The notes: a model not told the origin generated them from the letters alone. 64,000 nucleotides of DNA from Octopus sinensis (GCF_006345805.1 NC_043017.1:5146001-5210000), one strand, 5' to 3'. Counted from the stretch's first letter, positions 27,680-41,794 are shown. Numbers and translations: made by a program.

Positions 27680-28092
27680 CGGCAAGCTGGCAGAAACGTT
27701 AGCACGCCGGGGCGAAATGCTTAGCGGTATTTCGTCTACCACTACGTTCTGAGTTCAAATTCCACCGAGGGCGACTTTGCCTTTCATCCTTTCGGGATCG
27801 ATAAATTAAGTACCAGTTACACACTGGGGTCAATATAATGGACTTAATCCGTTTGTCTGTCCTTGCTTGTCCTCTCTGTGTTTAGCCCCTTGTGGGTACT
27901 AAAGAAATAAGTATTTCATCTGCCGCTACATTCTGAGTTCAAATTCCACCGAGGTCGACTTTGCCTTTCATCCTTTCAGGGTCGATAAATTAAGGGCCAG
28001 TTATGCACTGGGGTCGATATAATCGACTTAATCCATTTGTCTGTCCTTGTTTGTCCTCTCTGTGTTTAGCCCCTTGTGGGTAGTAAAGAAAT
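27680..28092 (+). mobile_element. SINE family B dimer
   Basis: Two head-to-tail units; junction AAAGAAATAA|GTATTTCATCTGCC. Confidence 0.9.
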
Positions 28093-28549
28093 GGGTGCTT
28101 AAGTGGGACTGAACCTGGAACCATGTGGTTGAGAAGCAAATTTCTTACATCACAGCCACACTTGCACCTATATAGATATGCTAAACAAATATGAATTTCC
28201 TTAAAACAAATTTGCCATCATCATTTAACATTTGTCCTTCATGGGTGGCATGGGTGGCTGGTTTGACAGGAGATGGCAAGTCAAAGAACTGCACCAAGTT
28301 CCACTGTCCGTGCTGGCTGGCTGCCCTTCCTAATGCCAACTACTTTACAGGATGGACTGTTGCCATTATTGCCATGCTTTTCAAATAAAAAAAAATCTTT
28401 TATTTGGATTGTTGCGGCTGTCATGCCTTGCTACTTTAAACAATGGGTCTGGATGTGAGGACAATTCATGATATAAAACTATGTTTGCTTTGAAATGTCA
28501 ATTTGTTACACTGTGGGACTGTTATAGAAAGAGAAAGACATTGACAAAT

Positions 28550-28604
<55 letters not shown>

Positions 28605-28755
28605 ACATATATACATACACACAAATGTACACAGGCACAAAGACCCCTGGGCACACATGTTAATATATATATGTATGTATATATATAATACTATACTTGT
28701 TCCACGTCATCACTCATGTTGTTGTGTTTTCTCTTTGTTCGTGTTTGGATTAACT

Positions 28756-28798
<43 letters not shown>

Positions 28799-28862
28799 CA
28801 CACACATATATATACACACATATACATATATATATATATACATACACACACACACATGTATA

Positions 28863-28896
<34 letters not shown>

Positions 28897-29057
28897 CACA
28901 GATATATATATGAAGAGAAACGAAATATAGAAACATTAAATAGAAGAATAAAAGTCGTCATAAATTATTTATGACTGACGCAGTTTTTGATGAATTATGA
29001 ATGATTTTTGCTGACTATAGATAAAAGGGAATAGCTAAGGTATTGATTTTTTTTTTA

Positions 29058-29091
<34 letters not shown>

Positions 29092-29528
29092 TAGGTTAGA
29101 GCATTTCATTAATACATGCTAAATGAAACAAGTGACATGAAGTGTCTGTTGACCAATTGAATTTACTGTTGTTCATTTTCTCTGATGGCTCATTCGATTA
29201 GTTGGTGTTGTCATTGTCATCATTGATATTGTTGTAGTCGTGTTGTCTTGTAGCCCAAGGTCAGGTTTGATCCAGCGAGCTTATGATACAAGTCGTTTCC
29301 AGCCATGACCTGCCAGTCTTTTATTAGTCTGACTTTACCCCTACCCTTAAAAAAAAAAATTGATGAACTTCTGCCTAAAGTAGAAACGATCATTGTTATT
29401 CCGGTAGCAAGTTGGCAGAGTCATTAGCATGCTGGGGCAGCATTTTTCCCATCTTGGCATTCTGAGTTCAAATGCTGCTGGTGTCAACTTCGACTTTAAT
29501 TCTTTCTGGGGTTGAGAAAATCTGTACC

Positions 29529-29765
29529 TATTTCTTTACTACCCACAAGGTGCTAAACACAGAGAGGACAAACAAGGACAGACAAATGGATTAAGTTGAT
29601 TACATCGACCCCAGTGCGTAACTGGTACTTCATTTATCGACCCTGAAAGGATGAAAGGCAAAGTCGACCTCGGCGGAATTTGAACTCAGAACGTAATGAC
29701 AGACGAAATACGGCTACGCATTTCGCCCGGTGTGCTAACGTTTCTGCCAGCTCACCACCTTGCGA
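29529..29765 (-). mobile_element. SINE family B nested in an older related SINE, 18-bp TSD
   Basis: TSD GTTGAGAAAATCTGTACC at 29511-29528 and 29766-29783. Confidence 0.9.
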
Positions 29766-30380
29766 GTTGAGAAAATCTGTACCAGTTGAGCACTGGGGGT
29801 TGGCGTAGTCGATTTGCTCTCTCTGCCCTGAAATTGCTGGCCTAGTGCCAAAATTTGAAACCAGTGTTTTTCCAGTAATGAGCTGGCAGAATCATTAGCA
29901 TACTGGACAAAATGCTTTGTGCACTTTGTCTGAGTTCAAATGCTGCCAAGGTTGACTATGCCATTCATCCCCTCAGGATTGATAAAATAAATACCAGCTG
30001 AACCCTGAGGTCAATGTATTCAACTTAGCCCTCTCTTTAAAATTGCTAACCTGGTGCCAAAATTTGGAAGCTATTATCATTGTTATTATCATTGACAAGC
30101 AAATCTGTGGTACTGAGCAGAATATTTTACACCAAGACAAACCATGTTAATATTTCCAATTAGTTAAGATCAGAAGCCATGAAAGCCACTGCCTGGAACA
30201 GCATCAGAGCATTTATTATTATCATTATTATTATTGTTGCCTTTCATCCTTTCAGGGTTGATAAATTAATCACCAGTGAAACTCTGGGGTCCATGTAATC
30301 AATTAGTCTCCTCCCCAAAAATTTCAGGCCTTGTGCCTAAAGTAGGAAAGACTGTTATCATTATTATTATTATTATTATT

Positions 30381-30584
30381 CAGTGGTTTATTTTTATAGC
30401 GTCGTTCCTTCATACCGAGCGCAGCTCTGTGTGCCTTGGGTATGTGCTGTGATTTTTGTGATGCTCTGATGGTTATTGTATGGAAAGGTTCTGCGTAGGA
30501 TGTGTGCAGTGCCTATAGTGCAATTTTCTGTATGTTATATGTGTTTGTAAGTCCTGGTGTTTGTTATGTATCTGTCTGAATATT

Positions 30585-30586
<2 letters not shown>
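30381..30586 (-). mobile_element. Second, indel-containing copy of the R4/Dong 3' end
   Basis: Aligns end to end with 30770-30985; same endpoints; (AAT)n flanks. Confidence 0.7.
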
Positions 30587-30615
<29 letters not shown>

Positions 30616-30625
30616 CATTATCATT

Positions 30626-30695
<70 letters not shown>

Positions 30696-30713
30696 TTCAT
30701 TATCATTATTATC

Positions 30714-30769
<56 letters not shown>

Positions 30770-30772
<3 letters not shown>

Positions 30773-30981
30773 TTTTTATTTTTATAGCGTGCTTTCACTT
30801 CACTACCGAGCGCAGCTCTGTGTGCCTTGGGTATGTGCTGTGATTTTGTTGTGTGATGCTCTGATGGTTATTGTATGGAAAGTGTTCTGCGTAGGATGTG
30901 TGCAGTGCCTAGTAGTGCAATTTTCTGTATGTTATATGTATTTGTAAGTCCTGGTGTTTTTGTTATGTATCTGTCTGAATA

Positions 30982-30985
<4 letters not shown>
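30770..30985 (-). mobile_element. 3' end of an R4/Dong-clade non-LTR retrotransposon in (TAA)n
   Basis: Minus 30984-30868 encodes KYSDRYITKTPGLTNTYNIQKIALLGTAHILRRTLSIQ*, matching the QK..LLGT..ILR C-terminus of REL-endonuclease R4/Dong elements; flanked by (AAT)n. Confidence 0.7.
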
Positions 30986-31027
<42 letters not shown>

Positions 31028-31775
31028 TTCAACCCATGCTAGCGTGGAAAACGGACTCTAAATGATAATGATGATGATGATGATTATTTGTGGATATGTT
31101 AACTAAAATGTTACGAATCACAAGAGATTCTAAAACCACACAGCATTGACTAACAAAGTAATCATGTTTTTGTTAGCACTGGGGCTGTCGCTTTTTCAAG
31201 AGATTCTCTCACAGAAATTCTAACCTAAATTCACAATACTTTAACATGAGTAGTCTTCCAGCAGGATGTGACCTGTTTCATTGACATTACTAAAGAGTTA
31301 CCTCCTCTTTGCTACTTACGGTTCGTAATATATCAGTTAAGTGGTGTTTCAAGTAGATATTTCACTGTTTTGTCATCTGTGTTTGTGAGAAATAGTTTAG
31401 CCTTAGTTTCAACAATTAGGGCAGCTGGACTCCACAGAACCCAACCCACTTGTGGCTACCCATAGTTAACTGTTAATGACTTCACACCCACACATTCATT
31501 AGTGATTAATTAATTATGTATTATTATCCTTAGCGGGGTTACTCTGATGGTGGTAGTGGTGCGTATTCCGTGCTAAGCAATCGCCTGTTGTAGATTGGTC
31601 ATTGAAGTTCCTGAATCTTCATCTAACGATATTAGCAGACTTCCTTAGTCATTAATTCATCATTGGCAGCAGACAATAATAAATAGGCTGCAAGGCTGCA
31701 TGGCAGAGTGAGAATGACCAGGCTAATGTTTTGTAAGTTTGCAAATTGTTTTGCTACCTGAAACATTTGCATATA

Positions 31776-32083
31776 TTGGGTTGTCCGGAAAGTTCGTGCC
31801 GATTTTTAAAGGAAAGAAAAAGGGTCAATAAATACTTGCCGTTACATTTTTAATCAACCAAATATGAACCATTTTGTTGCACAATGCATCTCCCTCTTTC
31901 CTTTAACTTGAAAATACCCCCTACCCAGAATTGAGGTGGTTTCATGGCAAAGAATTCATCAAGGTATCTTTTTACGTGATCCAAGGAATTGAAATTTTTG
32001 CCATTAAGACTATTCTGCAGAGACCTGAATAAGTGGAAATCCGAAGAAGCAACATCTGGTGAATATGGAGGGTGGGGTAACAG
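31776..32083 (-). mobile_element. Mariner transposon 3' remnant (transposase C-terminus plus TIR)
   Basis: Minus-strand 31850-32083 encodes LPHPPYSPDVASSDFHLFRSLQNSLNGKNFNSLDHVKRYLDEFF...GIFKLKER..CIVQQNGSYLVD*, with the YSPDLAPSD-type mariner motif; TA followed by TTGGGTTGTCCGGAAAGTTCG TIR at 31774. Confidence 0.92.
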
Positions 32084-32652
32084 TGGTGGTGGTGGTAAAT
32101 GATGATGATGATGGTGATGGTGGTAGTGGGGGGGGGGTGAAGAGGAGGAGGAGGCAGTGCAGGAGGAACAGGAGGCCAAAAAAAATAACTGTCTTACAGA
32201 ACCTTCTAATATATCTTGTAAAGCATGGATAAAAGTGGTGTGAACAATGGAACGAATAAAATAGGATGAATGTATATATGTGTATATATGGAGAGAGAGA
32301 GAGAAGGGAGAGGGAAACAACAAAAAGAAGAAAAGATATGAGAGAGAGAGGGGGGAATAACAAAAAGGAGAAAGAGACATGAGAGAGCCATATTGCTTTA
32401 AGGTAAAAACGATGTGTGTGGTTACATTAGATTATTTATCAAAGAAAAATAAAACACGTCTTAAGTGTTTCTCTTTGTTAATTAAGAACAGGGAATGGAA
32501 GGTGATTAATTTCAATGTTTGCCATTCTATTCCAACAATTTCTTGTATCCTTGCAGAACATTTAACATTTTTCCTCCATCAATTTTGGAATTTTATTTCA
32601 CAGAAATCAATTTTTGTTAAATGAAGAAAAATAATTTTCACCTTAGTGTATA

Positions 32653-32817
32653 GGCACAGGAGTGGCTGTGTGGTAAGTAGCTTGTTTACCAACCACATGG
32701 TTCTGGGTTCAGTCCCATTGTGTGGCACCTTGGGCAAGTGTCTTCTACTATAGTCTCGGGCCGACCAAAGCCTTGTGAGTGGATTTGGTAGACGGAAACT
32801 GAAAGAAACCTATCGTA

Positions 32818-32862
<45 letters not shown>

Positions 32863-33320
32863 TTGTCCCCCAACATCGCTTGACAACCGATGCTGGTGTA
32901 TTTACGTCCCCGTAACTTAGCAGTCCAGCAGAAAGAAACGAATAGAATAATTACTAGGCTTACATATATACGTGTGTGTCTGTATATATGTGTGTGTGTA
33001 TGTAAATGTGTGCATGCATATATGTGTATGCATATATGTGTGTATGTATACTTATATATATATACTATATGTGTGTGTATATATATATGTGCATGTGTGT
33101 GTATGTATATATGTGTGTGTTTGTTCCCTCCACCACCACTTGACAACTGGTGTTGGTTAGTTTACATCCCTATCACTTAGCAGTTTGGCAAAAGAGACCT
33201 AAAGAATAAACACTAGGCTTTAAACATAAGTTCTGGTGAGAGTGGGGTTGATTTGCTCAGCTAAAACCCTTCAGGGAAGTGCCCCAGCATGGCCACATTT
33301 CAGTGACTGAATCTAGTAAA
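32653..33320 (+). mobile_element. SINE family A plus an adjacent second 3' half
   Basis: Homology to 5792-6196; second 3' module at 33120-33320. Confidence 0.85.
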
Positions 33321-34240
33321 GCAAAGGGAGATAAGAAAGATATATGTATGGTGCGTACTAGCAAAGCGGGGTTTACCTATGCTCCCTCTTATGCATTTCG
33401 GTGATTCTTCTCTCTTTCTCTTTCACCCTTCTCTCCCCCTCTTGCTTCCTTTCTCTGCTCCTCTCTCCTTGTTTCTTTTTCTTTCTCCTACCTCCCCCCT
33501 TCTCACTTTTTATTCTCTCTCCCTCCCTCTCTCTTTCTCACTTTTCTTTCTTTTTCTCTATTTCTCTTTCCCTCTCCCTCTCTCTTTTGCTTCCTTTCTC
33601 TGCTTTTCTCTCTTTGTTTCTTTTTCTTTCCCCTCTTTCTCTCTTTCCCTTCCTTCTCTTTCTTTCTCTCCCTCTTTCTCACTTTTCTTTATATCTCTAT
33701 ATCTCTCTCTCTTCCCCTCCTACTTTCTGTTTCTTCCTCTCCCTCCCTCTCCTTATTTCTTTCTTTCTCCCTCATTTTACTCTCTTTCTTTCATTCTCGC
33801 TTTCTTTCTCTGTTTCTGTGTGAGTAACTCTCTCTTGCTCCATCTCTCTCGCTCCCTCTTTCTCCCTCCTCTCCTCCATCCCTATCTCTCCTCCACATCA
33901 ATTATCTCCCCTCCAAGCAAAAACAACCTCTTCCTCTCCGTCACTACTTCACAGACCAAGCTAAAACACAAAAGAATAACAACAACAAAAAACTGCCTTA
34001 AATATAAAAAAAAAATATATTAAAATGAAGGCAAAATAATTCCTAAAGAAAATGACCGGAAGACCAAAGCAGAAATTGTCATTTCTTTTCTACCATTGGG
34101 ATACAATTCTGCTGTATTTGTTTTTTAAGATACCTTCATCACAATTATTTTATTGTTTTCTCTTTCTATCTCTCTCTCTCTCATACACACAGGCACACAT
34201 TTTGATCCTATTATTTGTTTGTATTTTTTCCATTTTATAT

Positions 34241-34278
<38 letters not shown>

Positions 34279-34540
34279 ACATACACTTCCTGTAATTTTT
34301 CTCAATTATCAGAAGCAACTGTTTACCATCACTTATTAAGCTTGAGCGAATTTCCTTTGTGCCTGTGCACGTGAATGTATATATATATATATATATATAT
34401 ATAATATGAGAGAGAGAGAGAGAGAGAGATAGACGGATAGATAGATTCATAGATAGATAGAGAGATAAATTCATAGATAGGTATATATATATATATACAG
34501 AGAGAGAGAGATGGTGTGTGTGTATATATATATATATATA

Positions 34541-34575
<35 letters not shown>

Positions 34576-34591
34576 TGTAGAGAGAGAGAGA

Positions 34592-34632
<41 letters not shown>

Positions 34633-35033
34633 GTAAAGAGAGAGCTGTGTACACACAAATGAATTTATCATATACAGGTAGTATGTAGCTATATATGTGT
34701 GTAATATATGTATGTATATACAATATATATATTAGCTATCTTAGATATGAGGTATATAGCTATATGTGTGTATATATATAGATATATATATATATATTCG
34801 ATTTCCAATTTTTTAATCTGAAATTCACTTTTTTATTCAATATTTTTTTTTAGATGATATTTCTACTTGTATTAGTTTTTTTTTTGTATATATTTACAAT
34901 TTTTTCCTTAATTGCATTTAATCTTTTTTTATTAATATAATTTTTTAATTTATTTTGTAAAACTAAATAGTAAAAAAAAAAACCTGAGTAAATAATTAGA
35001 ATTCAGCATGGGCAGATAATTACTTTTGTTACA

Positions 35034-35080
<47 letters not shown>

Positions 35081-35318
35081 CATCGTTATTGTGAAGTCCA
35101 AACAATGCTTAAATAGAACACAAAAATTATAAGACTCCAGGAGGAATCAAATATGGGTCACTTCCTTAGAATTCCTAGTCATTCAGACGAGCAGACAACA
35201 ATGCTAACAACAAGATTGTTGAAATATATGTGCTACAATGATATTTAGATCTGTGGGTCATTGGATCCAGAGTTCAAATCACACTAGGTTCCACTGTGAT
35301 TTGTTGTCCTTCTTGTCT

Positions 35319-35379
<61 letters not shown>

Positions 35380-35382
<3 letters not shown>

Positions 35383-35690
35383 GCTTCCTTACGAACCACA
35401 TGGTTCCAGGTTCAGTCCCACTGCGTGGCACCTTGGGCAAGTGTCTTCTACTATAGCCTCGGGCTGACCAAAGCCTTGTGAGTGGATTTGGTAGATGGAA
35501 ACTGAAAGAAGCCCGTCGTATATATGTAGATATATATATATACGTGTGTGTGTATGTGTATGTGTGTGTGTTTGTGTGTCTGTGTTTGTCCCCCAACATC
35601 ACTTGACAACAGATGCTGGTGTATTTACGTCCCCTGTAACTTAGCGGTCCAGCAAAAGGAAACCGATTGAATAAGTACTAGGCTTACATG
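35380..35690 (+). mobile_element. SINE family A (partial)
   Basis: Homology to 5792-6196. Confidence 0.85.
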
Positions 35691-36910
35691 TATGTATGTG
35701 TGTGTGTACATATGTGTATGTTTCTGTGTTATGCATATGTTTATGTCTTTATATACATATTATATTTATATACACACACACACACACACACACATATGAA
35801 TGTGTTCACATACATATGTATGCATTTCTGCTGTGGGTGTGTACATCTCCACTCCCCAAGGTAAGGGGGATTCCTGCAGGCAGTGAGGGTCGCATTGTCA
35901 GCAGTAAATTAGCAGGAATTCTTTGAATGACATTTCTGCTGCAAGTCTCTCTTCTGGATTCCATTTTCGTCTCTCCTAATTGGTCGTAATTCTGTAACTC
36001 GTCAACAATGAAACATCTCCAAAGTAACAGATTTTATCTAATCACTGTTATTACAGATTCTGTACTTTTATTTATGACACTCTCGTGTGGAGGCTGCACA
36101 TCTATGGCCAGCTGTGTGTGTGTGTGTGTGTGAGAGAGAGGAAAGGAGAAGGAAAAGGTCTGTGAGTGTATTGTGTATTTATGTGTGTCTGTGTGTGTGT
36201 GTGTGTGAGGAAGAGAGAAAATGGGAGAAGAGATCTGTGCGCGTGTGTTTGTGTGTTTTTGTGTATGTATTTGTGTGTGTGTGTGTGAGGGAGAAAAAAA
36301 GAAGTGGTGTGTGTGTGTGTGTGTGTGGTTTATGTGTGGTGGGGCAGGGAGAGAGAAAGGAAGTAGAAAGTGGAGGTGTGTGGGTTTGTTTATTTGTGTG
36401 TGTGTATGTGTGTGAGAGAGAGAGGAAGAAGTGAAGATCAGGGTGTGTGAGAGAGAGAGAAAGATAGAAAGAGAGAAAAAAGGTCTGAGTGTGTGTATTT
36501 GTGTGTGTGAGTGTGAGAAGAGAGAGAGAGAGAGAGAGAGGAAAAGGTCTGTGAGTATGTGCATTCGTGTGTAAGAGAGAGAGAGAGAGAGAGCGATAGA
36601 TAGACAGATGACAAATGGAGTAGAAAGAGGTGTGTGAGAGAGAGAGAAAGAGAGAAGAAAAGAGAGAGAGAGGGGGAAGAAAGAAAGAAAGTACTGTACT
36701 GCGAGCAGCTGTAGAGTACTGTATCTTCTTTCAGAGTGAAAGAGGAAGTGAATAATGACTAACGATGTTGTTATGATGATGCAGCTCCTGTCACTCAAGT
36801 GCTTTGCAGAAGATTTGGGAAGAATTGGTGGTGGCGTTGGCATTGGGTGGAGGAGTGGGGGAAAAGAATATGTAAGTTGTAAGTGAAGTCTTTCTTTGAC
36901 AAAAAAAAAA

Positions 36911-36946
<36 letters not shown>

Positions 36947-37131
36947 AAAGAAAAGGACAAGAGAATTCCTAAGTGAAAGAGATGAAAGAAAGTGTCAAAA
37001 TGCATCTCTGCTGACGTTCTGGGTCTGTCCAACAAAAATTAAAAGACTTTAACTCTTCCGTTCATAAATTTTAAAACTTTTCTTCACACACATGTTCACA
37101 AATGAAGTTTTTTTTAACTTTAGAACATGTG

Positions 37132-37360
37132 AAGGCACATGGCTCAGTAGTTAGGGCATCTGGCTCATAATCATGAGGTAGTGAGTTCGATTCCTGGACC
37201 AGGCTGTGTTGTGTTCTTGAGCAAGGCACTCGATTTTCACGTTGCTCCAGTTCACTCAGCTGTAGAAATGAGTTGCGACATCACAGGTGCCAAGTTGTAT
37301 CGGCCCCTTGACCTTTCCCTTGGATAACATCAGTGGCATGGAGAGGGAAGGCTGGTATGT
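37132..37360 (+). mobile_element. SINE family D'
   Basis: Homology to 5405-5640. Confidence 0.8.
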
Positions 37361-37363
37361 ACA

Positions 37364-37424
<61 letters not shown>

Positions 37425-37626
37425 GATGTATGTATATTCTGTTGGATCATAAAACATTGAAACACATTTTATGCATCAGTAATCTATAATGTGTGTGTGT
37501 GTGTGTGTATATATATAACAAATTAATAAATAAAACATATACATATATACATACATATATGTACGTACCTACATCTACATGTATATATACATGCATATAT
37601 GGGTACAGGACACCAGAACAACGTTG

Positions 37627-37671
<45 letters not shown>

Positions 37672-38913
37672 TTTATGTGCTTGTATGTGTGTGTGTGTGT
37701 ACATAAGAGTATTTCTGTTGCATGTCTCCTCAACTCAGCTGGATGCTGAAGGTTAAGCCAATATGTCGGCTCTGTGTTCTGCATCATCCTCATCATCATA
37801 TGTCGACAATCAACAGAAGCACTTGACAAAATGTCACCACAACCACATCTTAATTTAACATTGCATAAAAAAATAAATACTTCTTTACTATTGGTGCTGT
37901 TGTTGTTGCTGTTCTAAATCTGGTGCATGGCAGAATCAAAGGTGGTTGACCAAAGAATCTCTATTTAGTTATCTCCCTTTATGTTCTGAGTTCAGATCTT
38001 ACGAAAGACAACGTTGTTTTTCGTCATCCTGGGGTTGATTTAATTAACTATATACTTTCCACAAAATGTCTGGCTTTGTACCTCCTATGATACAAGTTAT
38101 AGGTTACTGTCATTATTATAGCAACCGAGGTAGGTAGGGGCAGCCCACCCCAACCTTTGGGCTTGCTGGTGCCCATTCTCCTTTGCTACTATGAGGCTTT
38201 TTTAGAACTGGATTTTCTACAGGGAGCATGCCCTTGCTTATCCCCAACCTCAGTTTCTAGACATGAGTGGTCCTGAGATCAAGGCCTCTACATGATTTTT
38301 GAGAAATGTGGTGGAAAACTAGCTCAGGAAAGCAGGGACACTACTCCCTAAGAACCCTTTCAGAGCCCCCCCACTGAGGTTGACTTTGCCTTTCATCATC
38401 TCAAAGTCCTGTAACACACCACTCCAACAACAACAACGACAATAATAATGGTTTCAAATTTTGGCACAAGGCCGGCAATTATGGGGATGGAGGAGTAAGT
38501 CAATTACAACGGTACTTGTACTCAACTGTTGCTTATTTTACCAATTTTGAAAGAATGAAAGAATTGGTATAATGCTCAACAGAGAACATCTCGAAACAAT
38601 GATGTGGTTGAGAATTTTGCTTCCCAATCTTGTACTTCAGGGTTTCAATTCCATTGTGTGGCACCTTGAGTCAGTGTCTTCAACTATAGCCCTAGGCGAA
38701 CCAAAGCCTTGTGAGTAGATTTAGAAGACGGAAACTGTAAGAAGCCTGTTACATCTATGCATATATCCTTGTATCTATCTGTCAGTTGGTGTGTCTGTCT
38801 ACCTATCTGTTTATATATATATATGTGTGTCTCTTTGTCTATCTACCTGTCTATCTACCTATCTATCTATCTATCTAGCTATCTATCTATCTATCTACCT
38901 GTCTATCTACCTG

Positions 38914-38976
<63 letters not shown>

Positions 38977-40472
38977 GTCGCTCTATCTATATGTCTATCT
39001 ACCAGTCTTTCTATCTACCTGTCTATCTACCTACCTATCAGTCTGTCTATCTGTCTCTGTATATGTGTGTGTATAGACTTCAAGTGAGGAGGAAGGACTG
39101 ACATTGTCTAGGGATAAACAATGGATGCCAAATAATAAGTAAATGTTTAAAGAATCTTTTGATGAATGTTAAACCCCCCCCCGAAATAATAGAGAGAGAG
39201 AGAGAGAGAGAGTTGGGAGGGAGGGAGGGAAGGAGGGTTGCAGACCAGGGTTGGAATGGTTAAACATCTGAAGTAAGCAGGGCATTGTGATGAAAACCTG
39301 GGTCCTGCTTCAATACACCAGACACTGTGACTCCATACTTACCACAATAGAAACCCCCACCTCACCCCACCCCGCCCCACCAATATATTCAAAAGAGGAA
39401 ATGTTCTCTTCAAATGAAGGAAGTGAGGTTTTTTTTTCTCCCCTTTGGTTTTGTTTTTACCCCCTTCAAAAAGGAGAGGTAGGGAAATATAACCCCCCTT
39501 ATCTCATCGGTTTCTCTCTCACCCACCCGAACCCTTCTCCCTCACCTTTGTTTATAAATTACACAATGACACCGCCACACTCAGCCATCCACCCACCCAC
39601 CCCTTCTATCCACCCTCTGCTGGTCTTTAATTCAATATTGAAGGTTTCAATTTTTTATTATATTATTTTCATTTATCAGACCTCTCTCTCTCTCTGTGTT
39701 GTGGAACTGTTTGTGTTTTGGTTTTTATTTTTGTTTATTTCTTTGTTTGTTTGTTTGTTTTATTTTTGGCAGCCTCCCTTGTTCTTAGCAATAATGCCAT
39801 TGTCAAAGACACTAAACCAATATTTTCATTTATTAATGAAATTATGGTCAGTGAATTTCCATAATCATTTAACACTAACAATGGAACCAGTCAGATCCAG
39901 TTATGTCAGCATTCTGCTGTGACTGTCTTTGTTGTTGTTGTTGTTTAACCCTAGGCCAGCCTTAACACAGCAAAACTATGGATCAACTATGATCTAAGCA
40001 TGACCACCTTGTCTTTTATTTAAGCATAGTCCACCCTGGAGTAAATTATCTCTTTAATACCTATGTGTTTTTCAAAGGCAGTAGGGTTTGATTTGAAGTG
40101 AGGGATTCAGTTACCATTTCTAGAAAATGGAGTGATTTCCCCTTGTTGGGGATCAGGGTGTCATAACAGACCCTTGATGTTGATCTGATGCATCAACAGG
40201 CTTGTTGACTATATCAGAGCCTTGTAGTAGAACCCATCACACACACACCTCAAATCCCTCAAATAAAATGATTTTCTTCATATCTTCATGTTCTATAACA
40301 GTGATTCTTTGTTTTCGCCACCTTTACCAGCTCCCATCTTGATTTTCTCCCCTCGCTACTTATGAGAAAGAAAAAGTAATTCTATTTGCTACACAATTTA
40401 TTACATAACATTAACAACCTTATTTTAAAGTTGTTTCAAAGGCAGAGAGCTGGCAGAATTGTTAGAGCTGTA

Positions 40473-41103
40473 AGGTGGTGAGCTGGCAGAAACGTTAGCA
40501 CACGCCGGGTGAAATGCTTAGCGGTATTTCATCTGTCCTTACGTTCTGAGTTCAAATTCCACTGAGGTTGACTCTGCTTTCATCTTTTTGGAGTCGATAA
40601 ATTAAGTAGCAGTTGCGTAATGGGTTCGATCTAATCAACTGCAACCCCACCTAAATTTCGAGCCTTGTCACTAGAGTAGAAAAGATTAAGGCGGGGGGCT
40701 GGAAGAAATGTTAGCACACCGGGCGAAATGCTTAGCAGTATTTCGTCAGCCGCTTCATTCTGAGTTCAAATTCCGCCGAGGTCGACTTTGCCTTTCATCC
40801 TTTCGGGGTCGATTAAATAAGTACCAGTTATGCATTGGGGGCGATATAATCGACTTAATCCGTTTGTCTGTCCTTGTTTTTCCCCTCTGTGTTTAGCCCC
40901 TTGTGGGCAATAAAGAAATAGGTATTTCGTCTACCATTGCGTTCTGAGTTCAAATTCCGCCGAGTTCGACTTTGCCTTTCATCCTTTCGGGGTTGATTAA
41001 ATAAGTACCAGTTATGCACTGGGGTCGATATAATCGACTTAATCCGTTTGTCTGTCCTTGTTTTTCCCCTCTGTATTTAGTCCCTTGTGGGTAGTAAAGA
41101 AAT
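40473..41103 (+). mobile_element. Cluster/tandem array of SINE family B (3 units)
   Basis: Repeated B cores; junction TAAAGAAATA|GGTATTTCGTC at ~40920. Confidence 0.9.
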
Positions 41104-41150
41104 AAGAATTGTTAGTATGCTGACAAAATAAATGCTCACTGCATTTCATC

Positions 41151-41360
41151 TATCATGAAATATACAAAATATCATGAAATATGCACCATATCATGAAATA
41201 TACACAATATCATGAAATATGCACAATATCATGGAATATACACAATATCATGAAATATGCACAATATCATGAAATATGCACAATATCATGAAATATGCAC
41301 AATATCATGGAATATACTACAATACAGTGATATATGCTACAATAATATTGAATATAGCAC
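41151..41360. repeat. 20-bp minisatellite (ATATCATGAAATATGCACA.)
   Basis: About 9 tandem units. Confidence 0.9.
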
Positions 41361-41794
41361 AATGTTACATGTCGTTAGTATCATATGTAAACGATTAAAG
41401 GTTAAAGATTTTTATGACTGAAATGTTAAAATGGCCATTTAAATGATAAAAGAAGTGATCATCATCGCCATCTCTTGTTCGTTCGTTATCTAGTTTCTCA
41501 TCAAATAAGCGAGATCTGAAGCAGTCAACCATAAAAAAAAAACTGTTTTATTTATGCTTTTGTGTTTACGTCATAATAAGGCTTGTGTGGTGTATTTGAA
41601 GTATTTTCTGACCGATACAAAAACAAGCCTTTTGTTCGGTAGGCAAATAATATACAAGCCATCAATGGATGTTGAGTCGATCCAGGTCAGGCAGACCTGA
41701 TTCTCAGACAGATTCGAGTCAAACTCATCTAATTGTACGTCAGACGTTCATGAATTCATGACTTCTTTTAACATAATATTAACACGGATTATAA

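Noticed and set aside
33379-34023. Leu/Ser/Phe-rich ORFs resembling membrane proteins (also 22094-22813, 36034-37035, 43811-44305, 52693-53451)
   Set aside because: Read-through of (CT)n/(CTAT)n polypyrimidine low-complexity tracts.
39215-39229. (GGGA)4 and 22707-22736 G-quadruplex motifs; (CG)n Z-DNA tract at ~54035
   Set aside because: Present, but common in microsatellite-rich DNA and with no supporting functional context.
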